Assembly (NCBI RefSeq): GCF_023715725.1
Contig: NZ_JAMBOT010000005.1
Span: 316,538-380,537 of the forward strand
Length of the DNA: 64,000 nt
DNA from: Paenibacillus pasadenensis
GTDB lineage: Bacteria; Bacillota; Bacilli; Paenibacillales; Paenibacillaceae
Reading direction: 5' to 3'
Each line of letters opens with the position of its first letter. Within the stretch, counting starts at the first letter, position 1. This document shows, piece after piece, positions 36,550 to 45,309 of the stretch. A model generated the notes under the pieces. That model worked only from the letters and a program-made list of their open reading frames with translations. It did not search any database and was not told where the DNA came from. Both the position numbers and the translations under genes were made by a program.

Positions 36550-37873
36550 GCTGCTCCGGCGCAGCCCGCTGCCGACGCGCCGCATGGCGGCGCTGACGGC
36601 AGGAGGGGCAGTCGCTACCTCGGCTGCCGCAGCGATTGGCCAGCACTGGCTTGTGTTTGCAATCTGGTGCGGAGCGCTGCTCGCCTTGTCGGCGATTGAT
36701 CTGGCGCTGCTGCCGCGCTCGCTCGTCTGGACCGTGCGCCGCCAGCTGCCCTCAAGCTCGGAAATCCGCCGCATGTTCGAGGTTGAACTCGACGTTGTTT
36801 GCCGCTCCCAGGCCGCAGTGCGGGTTGAGCTGGCCGACGATATCCCGGCCACGTTCGACCGGCCTGACGGAAGAACGGTTGGCGGTATGCTGCTTCGCTC
36901 ACGCACATTTGTGTATCATCTTGCCGCGACAGAGCGCGGCGTGTACCGCTTCCGCGAGGTAGACATGCGCTGGAGCGGAGCGCTCGGCTTGTGGAGAAAG
37001 CAGACCCAGCTGAAGGTGGAGGACGACATCCGTATTGATCCGGATTTGTCCGGCGTGCGCAGCGTGCTCGCTTCCGCACAGGATTCTCTGCTCATCGACG
37101 GGAAACGCATTCACCGCCGCCAGCGCGGCGGCAGCGAGTTCGATGCGATCCGCGAATACGCACCTGGCGACGATATCCGCGAGGTGAACTGGCGGGCGAC
37201 GGCGCGCACGGGACGGCTGCTGACGAATCTGTACCGGCCCGAAAAGGGCAAAACGCTCGTGCTGCTGCTCGATTGCGGCCGTCAAATGGGCGTGGAGCTC
37301 GATGGACAGGTGAAGCTGGAACGCTCGCTGGAGGCGGCGCTGACGCTGGCCGCGGCCGCTTTGCGGCAGGGGGATCAGGTTGCGCTGATCGCCTATTCCA
37401 GCAGCGTAAAGCTGTATATTCCGCCGGGCCGCGGGCTTGCGCATTTGCAGACGCTTACCCGGTCGGCGAGTGAAATCCGCAGCGATTTCAGCGAAGCGGG
37501 ATCGGCGGTCGGCCTTGGATTTTTGCTGAGCCGCATCCGTAAGCGTTCGTTCGCGGTGCTGTTCTCCGATATGGACCACTACCTGCAAGACGCCGAGCTG
37601 CTTCCGTATGCGGCAAAAGTCCGCAAGCAGCATCATCTGTTGCTCATGTCGCTGCAAAATCCGGTGCTGCGGCAGCTTGAGGAGTCGAGGCCGGATACGG
37701 CAGCCGAGGCCTATGTGCAGAGCGTTGCCGCATCGTATGCGCTGGAGCGGCAGCTGATCGTCCGCCGCATGGGCAGCAGCGGGATACCGATGCTGGACGC
37801 AGCGCCGGATCAGCTTGCAATTAGCTCGGTTAACGCCTATTTGGACATCCGCGACCGGGGACTGCTGGGATAG
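36500..37873 (+). CDS. DUF58 domain protein (vWA-like MoxR partner)
   Basis: Motif REYAPGDDIREVNWRATARTGRLLTNLYRPEKGKTLVLLLDCGRQM is a DUF58 hallmark. Probable GTG start preceded by GGAGGGG. Confidence 0.8.
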   Translation: MKASSGKRWHRFRFLARLLRRSPLPTRRMAALTAGGAVATSAAAAIGQHWLVFAIWCGALLALSAIDLALLPRSLVWTVRRQLPSSSEIRRMFEVELDVVCRSQAAVRVELADDIPATFDRPDGRTVGGMLLRSRTFVYHLAATERGVYRFREVDMRWSGALGLWRKQTQLKVEDDIRIDPDLSGVRSVLASAQDSLLIDGKRIHRRQRGGSEFDAIREYAPGDDIREVNWRATARTGRLLTNLYRPEKGKTLVLLLDCGRQMGVELDGQVKLERSLEAALTLAAAALRQGDQVALIAYSSSVKLYIPPGRGLAHLQTLTRSASEIRSDFSEAGSAVGLGFLLSRIRKRSFAVLFSDMDHYLQDAELLPYAAKVRKQHHLLLMSLQNPVLRQLEESRPDTAAEAYVQSVAASYALERQLIVRRMGSSGIPMLDAAPDQLAISSVNAYLDIRDRGLLG

Positions 37874-37891
37874 CGGCAAAGGAGGTGCTTC

Positions 37892-38899
37892 ATGGACACA
37901 ACTTCATTTATCCGCCGCAACAAGCCCGCCTGGGCGGAGCTGGAGGCTCTGCTTGCTGCGCTCGGCAAGCGCAAGGCCCGCGCTGACGCCGGCCAGCTGG
38001 ACCGTTTCGCGGAGCTGTACCGGACCGCCTCGGCGCATCTGGCGTATTTGCAGACCTATGCTCCGGCAAGCGAGACGACTGCGCTGCTGAACGACCTCGT
38101 TTCCCGGTCGCATAATCAGCTGCATGCCGGCGGGGCGGCAGGACAAAGCCGTCCGCTGCAGTTTATGCTGTACGGCTTCCCGATGCTGATCAAACAGCGT
38201 CTGCCCTTTGTCCTGCTGGCAGGGCTGCTGTTCGGTTTTGGCGGGGTGCTTGGCTATTTGGCGATTGGCGCCAATCCGGCAGCCATTCATGCCGTGCTGC
38301 CGGCGGGTATGGCTGATGGGATAAATCCGGCGCTTGTTAATTCCGACCGGGGCGATCTGAACAGCGCGATTATGTCAGCTGAGATTATGACGAACAACAT
38401 CCGGGTTGCCGCTCTGGCCTTTATTAGCGGTGTGACGCTTGGCTTTCTGACGCTTTATCTGATGGTGTTTAACGGCCTGCTGATCGGGGCTCTTGCAGCC
38501 GTGTTCGCACAGGCCGGATACACGTATACATTTTGGGCCTACATATTGCCCCATGGTGTTATTGAGCTGTTAGCAATTTTCATCGCAGGAGGAGCGGGTT
38601 TTTATATGGGGTACAGCTTTTTTGTGCCCGGCGAGCTGCCGCGCAGGCTGCAATTTATCCGCTCCGCGAAGGAGTCGGCGCTGCTGCTGCTTGGCACGCT
38701 TCCGCTATTTGTCATTGCCGGGCTCATTGAAGGATACATCACACCCGCCACCCTGCCGTTATGGCTCAAATACTGCATTGCCGGTCTCACTCTGGCGGCG
38801 TGCGCGGCCTATTACTGGCATGGAACCGCGCGCGGACCAAAGGCCGGACAGTCGGGAGGCGGCATGTCAGCCGCTTTTTCCGGGAAAGGAACGACGTAA
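37892..38899 (+). CDS. Stage II sporulation protein M-like (DUF95) integral membrane protein
   Basis: N-terminal soluble helix bundle followed by six TM segments. Family co-occurs with the RDD/DUF58/MoxR cluster. Confidence 0.7.
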   Translation: MDTTSFIRRNKPAWAELEALLAALGKRKARADAGQLDRFAELYRTASAHLAYLQTYAPASETTALLNDLVSRSHNQLHAGGAAGQSRPLQFMLYGFPMLIKQRLPFVLLAGLLFGFGGVLGYLAIGANPAAIHAVLPAGMADGINPALVNSDRGDLNSAIMSAEIMTNNIRVAALAFISGVTLGFLTLYLMVFNGLLIGALAAVFAQAGYTYTFWAYILPHGVIELLAIFIAGGAGFYMGYSFFVPGELPRRLQFIRSAKESALLLLGTLPLFVIAGLIEGYITPATLPLWLKYCIAGLTLAACAAYYWHGTARGPKAGQSGGGMSAAFSGKGTT

Positions 38900-39714
38900 T
38901 GCACTTTAATTCCTCCATCGAAAAGGAAACTCAGTTTTTGACGCCGGAGCAGGTACGCCTGCGTTACCGGACCGCCGGGCTCGGCAGCCGGGCGATTGCG
39001 CATCTGATCGACGTCCTGCTGCTTATCGCCGCATCGGCGCTCATTTTGTTTGGCGCGGCAGGCATCGTTTTTTTTCTTTCCTCGACCTGGTTTCCAAACG
39101 ATGGGTACGACTACCTGTTTGCCGGGATTTTTATCTTTCTCATTGTGTTGAATGTCGGTTATTTCATCGTAATGGAGGCTTATTGGGGCGGGCAGACAAT
39201 TGGCAAAAAAGCGGTCGGACTGCGCGTCCTGATGCAGCACGGGCAATCCGCCACCATTTTGCCGGTTGTCATCCGCAATCTGTTCCGGCTGCTCGATTTT
39301 TTGCCGATGGGTTATTTTGCTGGCGGAGTCGCCATTCTGTTCAGCCGCCGCGATAATCGGATTGGCGACATGGTCGCCGGAACGATTGTTGTCGCCGAAG
39401 CCAGCGCGGAGCATCGCAGCCGCCGCAGCCGCATCGACAAACGGATCGCTGCGATGCAAAAGAGAGGCGGAATTCTCCCCGATCTGGAGCTTGCCGACGC
39501 CCGCCGGGCGCTGCTGCAGGAACAGGACTGGCATCTGCTGCAGGGCTGGGCGGATCGGATGGATCCGTCTCCCAAAACCGAGGTGAGCGGGCTGGAGCAG
39601 CGGATCTGGGAGCATTTTACACTGAAGCTTGGACATGAACGGACACGCTACAGCGATATCCGGGGTTATCTGGCGGCGCTTTACCTGGCTGTGCGCGAGG
39701 ACTGGGAGCTGTAG
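38899..39714 (+). CDS. RDD family membrane protein
   Basis: TAATG overlap with the previous gene. RDD-like N-terminal TM domain (…RAIAHLIDVLLLIAASALILFG…). Cytoplasmic C-terminal extension. Confidence 0.7.
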   Translation: MHFNSSIEKETQFLTPEQVRLRYRTAGLGSRAIAHLIDVLLLIAASALILFGAAGIVFFLSSTWFPNDGYDYLFAGIFIFLIVLNVGYFIVMEAYWGGQTIGKKAVGLRVLMQHGQSATILPVVIRNLFRLLDFLPMGYFAGGVAILFSRRDNRIGDMVAGTIVVAEASAEHRSRRSRIDKRIAAMQKRGGILPDLELADARRALLQEQDWHLLQGWADRMDPSPKTEVSGLEQRIWEHFTLKLGHERTRYSDIRGYLAALYLAVREDWEL

Positions 39715-39803
39715 AGCATGCCCGTGCAGTGCGCTGAGTAAGCCTATAATCCAAGCGCAGCGGGCATTTCGGCAGGCCGTCTTCGTTCAGTAAAATCTGC
39801 AAG

Positions 39804-39837
39804 AAACACCTCTGTCTTACTAAAGACAGGGGTGTTT
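39804..39837. terminator. Stem-loop after the RDD gene (AAACACCTCTGTCTT-ACTAA-AGACAGGGGTGTTT)
   Basis: 15-bp stem with one mismatch. Weak T-run on the + strand. Confidence 0.45.
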
Positions 39838-39907
39838 GGCGTCGAAACGTTTCCGGCGGAGCGCGGCTTGTTAACACGGAGTCTCTTATTTAATCCGCAT
39901 TTGCTTA

Positions 39908-39936
39908 TTGACCGGGAAATATTGGAGCCTTATACT
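39908..39936 (+). promoter_or_regulatory. Sigma-A-type promoter (TTGACC-17 nt-TATACT) for the TetR gene, followed by a …CTTGCAT dyad
   Basis: Near-consensus -35/-10 with 17-nt spacing. Downstream ATGCATGTAAGTGGTTGCTTGCAT shares a CTTGCAT half-site with the 40768 palindrome. Confidence 0.6.
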
Positions 39937-40051
39937 GATGCATGTAAGTGGTTGCTTGCATTTGGCGCGGATGCCTTTACTTAGACGGAGCTGAATCCGT
40001 CTCATACGCTGCAGCCGCAAGGCCGCTGTATAGAAAGGAGAGCAAAGCGTT

Positions 40052-40639
40052 ATGCAGTCACAGATTTCTACCGCTGAAAAGCTGCTGCTGGCGGCGATTG
40101 ATGTAATGTCGATGAAAGGTTACAACGGCGCTTCTACCAAAGAGATTGCCGCAAAGGCTGGAGTTAACGAAGTTACGCTGTTTCGCCATTACGGCAATAA
40201 GGCGAAGCTGCTGGAAGCGGCGTTAGATCGTTTTTGCTATGCCGATATCATGATCGAATTGTTTCACAATCGGCTGACTGGAGAGCTGGAGAGCGATTTG
40301 CTGCTCATCGCCAGAACGTATCAGAGCACAATGTTCCGCAACAAAAAGCTGTTTTCCATCGTGCATAAGGAAGGAAACAGCCTTCCGATCGACAAAAATG
40401 CCAGCTCCCGGCATCCGGAGAAGCTGCGCCAGCTGCTGACCGAATATTTTACCGGGCTGAAGGAGCGCGGGGAAATTGAGACTGACAATCCTGCCTTGCT
40501 CGCTGAATTCTACCAATGTACAAACTTCGGGTATTTTAATTCCCGGCTGAACTCCGACCAGACTGAGCCTGACCGCGATACGGAACAGTATATCCAGCAT
40601 ATGGTTCAGATTTTTGTAAAGGCCCTGAAAGCGAAGTAA
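40052..40639 (+). CDS. TetR/AcrR family transcriptional regulator
   Basis: TetR_N HTH (…YNGASTKEIAAKAGVNEVTLFRHYGNK…). Confidence 0.85.
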   Translation: MQSQISTAEKLLLAAIDVMSMKGYNGASTKEIAAKAGVNEVTLFRHYGNKAKLLEAALDRFCYADIMIELFHNRLTGELESDLLLIARTYQSTMFRNKKLFSIVHKEGNSLPIDKNASSRHPEKLRQLLTEYFTGLKERGEIETDNPALLAEFYQCTNFGYFNSRLNSDQTEPDRDTEQYIQHMVQIFVKALKAK

Positions 40640-40767
40640 ACCCGGCGCTGCCGCACCGAAGATAACAGGTCCGCTCCTATCTCGCTCAAGAGCGGTTATT
40701 CCTTTAACTGCAGGACAGGGCAGCGCAGCGCGGCTCGTTTGGAGGGCGTGTCTTTTTTTGCTCTAGT

Positions 40768-40785
40768 TGCAAGTGTGTACTTGCA
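40768..40785. promoter_or_regulatory. Palindromic operator TGCAAGT-GTGT-ACTTGCA in the promoter of the MFS gene
   Basis: 7-bp perfect arms. Located about 40 nt upstream of the RBS AGGAGGGG and overlaps a TTGCAA -35-like hexamer. Confidence 0.55.
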
Positions 40786-40822
40786 TACATGGGTGATTTT
40801 TGGAAATAGGAGGGGATAATTC

Positions 40823-42263
40823 GATGAAAAACAAGCAAGAACCTGGGAGCATCTCTTCGGACGACAAGCCGAAGGAGGGCGGGGAAAAGCTGATCTGGCT
40901 CCTTTCCTTTACGATGATGCTGGCATCAATGAGCGCCATCATGTTTAACATTGTGCTGCCGCAGATGGAGTCCGAGTACGGCTTATCTCTGTCTGAGGTG
41001 AGCTGGATGACAACCGGATATATGCTGATTTATGCGATCGGCTCCGCCGTTTACGGCAAGCTTGCCGACCTGTTCCGGCTGAAAAATTTACTGACCTTTG
41101 GGCTCGCGCTCTTTTTGCTCGGCTCGTTAATCGGCCTCGTCTCAAGCAGTTACGGCATGGTTTTGACCGGACGGTTAGTTCAGGCGACGGGAGCGGCGGT
41201 TATTCCGGCATCAGCTATGATCATACCGATCCGCTATTTTCCCCCGGCCGTCCGGGGCAGGGCGCTTGGCTTGGCGGCCTCCGCTCTGGCGCTCGGCAAT
41301 GCGCTTGGACCGGTTGTTGCGGCTCTCATCGTCAGCACCGTACACTGGAGATGGCTGTTTTGCGCGCCGCTGATTATTGTGGCCGTACTTCCTTTTTACC
41401 GCCGTTATCTGAACGATGAACCCGCCAAGGGAGGAACGCTGGATCTTCCCGGCGGACTGCTTATTGCGGGAGCGACGGCGCTGCTGCTGCTTGGTTTGAC
41501 GCAGTGGAGCTGGCTGTTTGCCTTAGCCGGAGTTGCGCTTATTCCGCTGCTTGTATGGCGGCTTCGCACGGCCAAAGATCCTTTTATCCGGCCGGAGCTG
41601 TTCCGCAATCGCATTTACTGTTACGGACTCGTACTCTCGATGATCGCGATGGCGGCAGGGTATTCGATCCCCTTCCTCACTCCTCAGCTGCTTGCGTCCG
41701 TTCACGAGCTTCAGCCTGGAGTGATCGGTTTTGCGATGGTGCCGGCTGCCTTGGTCGCCGCAGCATTTGGCAGAAGCGCGGGACGGCTTGCTGACCGAAG
41801 GGGCAACGGAGTTGTTTTTTATATGGCGGCAAGCCTGCTGCTGGTTTGTTTTGCGCTGATGGCATTGCTGGCGGGCGTATCCCCATGGCTGGCGGCTGGA
41901 CTGCTCATTATCGGGCAGCTTGGGCAGATGCTGCTGCAAATCTCGCTGATGAATTCAATCTCTCTAACTCTGCCAAAAGAGCAGGCGGGAGCGGGCATGG
42001 GACTGATGTCTTTGCTCAACTTTTTGTCAGGCGCGGCGGCAGGGGCCATCTACAGCCGTATTCTGGACAGCTTTGGAAACGGCGCGGAAGCGGAGGCGGG
42101 AGTTCAAAACGTGTTTATGTACATTTACGCAGGGCTTTTTGTCTCCATCCTGATTATTTTGGCTGTTTTCCGCTATCGCTTCAATGTGAACCGGGGCATG
42201 GAGAACGCTCCGGCTGCACCGGCGGCTGTTGTAACGGTTAAAGCAACCGATAGCGCAAACTGA
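40823..42263 (+). CDS. MFS transporter, 14-TM DHA2 (EmrB/QacA-like) drug:H+ antiporter
   Basis: RBS AGGAGGGG lies 8 nt before ATG 40823. 14 hydrophobic segments. Paired with the TetR gene upstream. Confidence 0.85.
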
Positions 42264-42327
42264 TTCATCTAAACCGGGATCGTCCACATATAGTTACAAG
42301 ATGGATCGGAACCGGAGGCGATGAGAC

Positions 42328-43461
42328 ATGAGGCACTGGATGGCGAATTTGCTGCTGGCCTTCTCGCTGGCAATATCCATATATGTGGTGGAAGCGAGAG
42401 TGAACGAAGCGGTTCAGGCGGACCGGCTTCCTGATGCTGCCGTGTCGGGACAGGCGGATAGCGGCCTTGAAGAGATGCGGAGGGAAGCGGACAACGGGGA
42501 TTCATACAAGCAAAATGTCCCGGAAGCGGGCGTCTCTGCCTCCTCTGAGTCGGAGCAGGCGGATAGCGGTCTTGAAGAGATTCGGAGGGAAGAAGCAGAC
42601 GCTTCTGTCTCCTCTGAAACAGGCCTGGATCCGGCTGAGCCGGACGAGAGCGATCAGCGGGAAGGACAGCTGAATTCGAATGCAAGTCAGGATGTTCCAG
42701 CGATGGAACTGGACGCCGGACTGGCGGACGAAGCCGCGGATGAGAAGACTGCTCCACAGTCAGAAACGGACTCTAGATCAGCTCTGGTGAACGGTTTGGC
42801 GGAAGGTTTTCAGCAGCGGCAAACGAAGTTTGAGCTCTCTTTTCAAGGCGAGCATGAAAAATTGGTCGATTTAATGCCGGAGCTGGTGCAGCAGGGGCTT
42901 TTCCAGGAGGACTATACCGCCTATGTGCTGAAATCATACGCCTACAAAATCCGCTCCGCAAACGGTAAATCCAGCATCTCTATGACGGCGGAATACCGTG
43001 AGACGTTGGAGCAGAGCGCCGCGGTTGCGAAGCGCTCCAAAGCGATGCTGAAGGAGCTGCTGGATCCGGGTATGGACGACGAGGAAAAGGTCCGCGCCAT
43101 TCATGACTGGATCGTCCGCCATGTGCGTTATGACGAATCGCTTTCCCGCTATACGGCCTACGAGGCGCTGACGCTTCGCTCCGCTGTTTGCCAAGGCTAC
43201 GCGCTGCTTGTGTACCGGATGCTGAACGACGCCGGTATTGAAACGCGGATCGTCGAAGGAACGGTCGAATCGGGAGACCACGCCTGGAATCTCGTTCGGC
43301 TGGGCGGAGGCTGGTACCATCTGGACGCGACATGGGACGATCCCTTGCCGGACCGTGGAAACGAAGTGAGCCATAAGTATTATTTGCTCTCGGACAGCGA
43401 AATGGCGAAGGACCATAAGTGGACGAAGGATTATCCCGAGGCCCCTGAAAGCTACCGCTGA
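42328..43461 (+). CDS. Membrane-anchored transglutaminase-like (Cys-His-Asp) domain protein with an acidic repeat linker
   Basis: N-terminal TM anchor. Repeated ADSGLEE(M/I)RRE motif. C-terminal transglutaminase-core (…CQGYALLVYRMLNDAGIETRIVEG…GDHAWNLVRLGGGWYHLDATWDDP). Confidence 0.75.
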   Translation: MRHWMANLLLAFSLAISIYVVEARVNEAVQADRLPDAAVSGQADSGLEEMRREADNGDSYKQNVPEAGVSASSESEQADSGLEEIRREEADASVSSETGLDPAEPDESDQREGQLNSNASQDVPAMELDAGLADEAADEKTAPQSETDSRSALVNGLAEGFQQRQTKFELSFQGEHEKLVDLMPELVQQGLFQEDYTAYVLKSYAYKIRSANGKSSISMTAEYRETLEQSAAVAKRSKAMLKELLDPGMDDEEKVRAIHDWIVRHVRYDESLSRYTAYEALTLRSAVCQGYALLVYRMLNDAGIETRIVEGTVESGDHAWNLVRLGGGWYHLDATWDDPLPDRGNEVSHKYYLLSDSEMAKDHKWTKDYPEAPESYR

Positions 43462-43479
43462 CCCGGGGAAAAGATGAAC

Positions 43480-43836
43480 CCGGTCGTGGTAAGGTCGTCA
43501 AACGACCTTACGAAGCGGGTAAAAGCGAAAACCTGCCGTGGTAAGGTCGCGAAACGACCTTACGGAGCGGGTAAAAGCGAAAACCGGTCGTGGTAAGGTC
43601 GTCAAACGACCTTACGGAGCGGGTAAAAGCGCAAACCTGCTCTGGTAAGGTCACCAAACGACCTTACGGAGCATGCAAAAGCGAAAACCTGCTCTGGTAA
43701 GGTCACCAAACGACCTTACGGAGCATGCAAAAGCGCAAACCTGCTCTGGTAAGGTCGTCAAACGACCTTACGGAGCATGTAAAAGCGTAAACTGCTCTGG
43801 CAAGGTCGTCAAACGACCTTACGGAGCGGGCAACCC
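43480..43836. repeat. Tandem array of seven 52-bp units, each with a stem-loop GTAAGGTC(G)-N5-7-(C)GACCTTAC
   Basis: Period is exactly 52 bp (hairpin starts at 43489, 43541, 43593, 43645, 43697, 43749 and about 43800). Inter-hairpin segments are also conserved (GGAGCGGGTAAAAGCGAAAACCTGC…), so there are no spacers. Confidence 0.8.
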
Positions 43837-43859
43837 CCGTTAAACCATGAATACAAAAA

Positions 43860-43903
43860 GGCTGCCCCGAGTCACATAACGTGACTTGCGGGACAGCCTT
43901 TTT
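43860..43903. terminator. Bidirectional terminator between the repeat array and the convergent minus-strand gene
   Basis: AAAAAGGCTGCCCCGAGTCAC-ATAAC-GTGACTTGCGGGACAGCC-TTTTTG. Confidence 0.7.
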
Positions 43904-43987
43904 GTATACCTTAGCCGCAGCGCCTACAGAATACTGCGCCAGCCTGCACTAGTGCAGGCTGGCTAACTCATTTGGCGCTAACCGCTC

Positions 43988-45151
43988 CTAGTCAGCGTCA
44001 GCTTCCCCGGCTTCCTTGCGCCGCATGGCGGTCATCTGCTGCCATACGGAACCGGCGGCTTCCTCGCCGCGTTGAATCCGCTCCAGCGCCATCTGCGCTT
44101 GCAGCTTGATTTCAAACTCGCTGTCCTCTGCCGCTTTCTCCAGCGCCTCCAGAGCGCTGTCGTCGCCGACCTCGTACAGGAAACGCGCGGCGCGCCAGCG
44201 GACCAGCTTATTGCGGTCGGAAAGCGCCGTAATCATCGCGCCGGTTGCGGCCGGGTCGCCGAGATCGGACAGCGTATCGCCAGCGGTGCGGCGCACGGAT
44301 GCCGAGTTGTCGCTAAGAGCGCGGATGAGCAGGGGCAGCGCTTGAGGATTCTCGCGGAAATCGCCGAGATAAACGACGGCCAGCCTGCGGATGCTGGCGT
44401 TTTCGTCGCCAAGCGCGCGTTCCAGCAGCGGCAGCGCGTCGTCATCCGGCGCGAGCCGGTCCAGCGCCGCGTAGCGGCTCTGCCAGTCCTCAGCAGCCAT
44501 AAGCGGCTCAGCTTCGGCAGCGCTGAGCGAGGCCGGACGCACCGTTGCCGGCGCAGCCGACTGCTCGCCAGGCCCGGCTGCGAGCGAGGCTTGGACGAGC
44601 GCATCCAGACGCTCCGGCGTATAGGACGCCTCCAGCTCGCGCACGATTTCGGCCGCGATGTCCTCCGGGTCGCCGTAACGAACGCCAAACTCCTCCAGCT
44701 TGCGCTCACGAATCATCGAAGAGCCTGCGGCGCGGCTGACCGCTTCCGTAAACGCCTGCGGCAGCGCTGCGCGCGTTTCGCCGTCGCCCATGCGGACGCG
44801 GACCTGAATCGGGATGCCGCGGAACATTTGCACGAGCACATGCGCCTCGCCGAAGCCGTTGGAGGCGTCCGGACCAGCGGAGCCGGCGCTTTCCTCCGCT
44901 TGAAGCACTCGCCGTGCTTCTGCCAGAATGGCGGCCCAATCAGCGTTGGGCTTGCGGTCGAGCGCAATAAAATCAGCCGTGCGGAACAGGCTGCGCACGC
45001 CGGGAATGCCGAGCAGACTGCGCAGCGGCTCCGGGGCGGAATCCGGCTCTGCCGGCACATACGTATAACGATGCCCGCGCGGAAGCGTCTCGTTGACGTT
45101 CAGCTTCATCGAGTTCGGGCTTGGGGTAGGTTCAATGGAGATCAGATTCAT
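43988..45151 (-). CDS. Nfu_N-domain plus HEAT-repeat protein (CvfC/YpgR-like)
   Basis: N-terminal MNLISIEPTPSPNSMKLNV matches the scaffold Nfu/NifU N-terminal domain. C-terminal PBS/HEAT-like repeats (LPLLERALGDENASIRRLAV…, LPLLIRALSDNSASVRRTA…). Confidence 0.75.
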   Translation of the reverse strand: MNLISIEPTPSPNSMKLNVNETLPRGHRYTYVPAEPDSAPEPLRSLLGIPGVRSLFRTADFIALDRKPNADWAAILAEARRVLQAEESAGSAGPDASNGFGEAHVLVQMFRGIPIQVRVRMGDGETRAALPQAFTEAVSRAAGSSMIRERKLEEFGVRYGDPEDIAAEIVRELEASYTPERLDALVQASLAAGPGEQSAAPATVRPASLSAAEAEPLMAAEDWQSRYAALDRLAPDDDALPLLERALGDENASIRRLAVVYLGDFRENPQALPLLIRALSDNSASVRRTAGDTLSDLGDPAATGAMITALSDRNKLVRWRAARFLYEVGDDSALEALEKAAEDSEFEIKLQAQMALERIQRGEEAAGSVWQQMTAMRRKEAGEADAD

Positions 45152-45309
45152 TATTCGATCCTCCTGCTCAAGGGTAAATAAAATGAAGCTCTGCTTCTAG
45201 TTTAGCGCATTCCCCGCAGTGAAGCGAATTGCTTCCTTTCGCCGGGATTGATATTGTAGGAGCAGACCTGCATCCCACTGCTTTAGCAGCCTGTGAAAGG
45301 ATGAACGAG

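Noticed and set aside
35761-37879. Long antisense ORFs (381 aa and 326 aa) opposite the MoxR and DUF58 genes
   Set aside because: Typical GC-rich antisense frames. The sense genes have strong family signatures (Walker motifs, DUF58 core) and operon coupling.
43480-43836. Possible CRISPR array (regular hairpin-containing repeats)
   Set aside because: All 52 nt of each unit are conserved, including the inter-hairpin segment. There are no unique spacers, no leader, and no cas genes in the window.
44072-45181. 369-aa plus-strand ORF opposite the Nfu_N/HEAT gene
   Set aside because: Arg-rich low-complexity product. The minus-strand product has a recognisable Nfu N-terminal domain and HEAT repeats.
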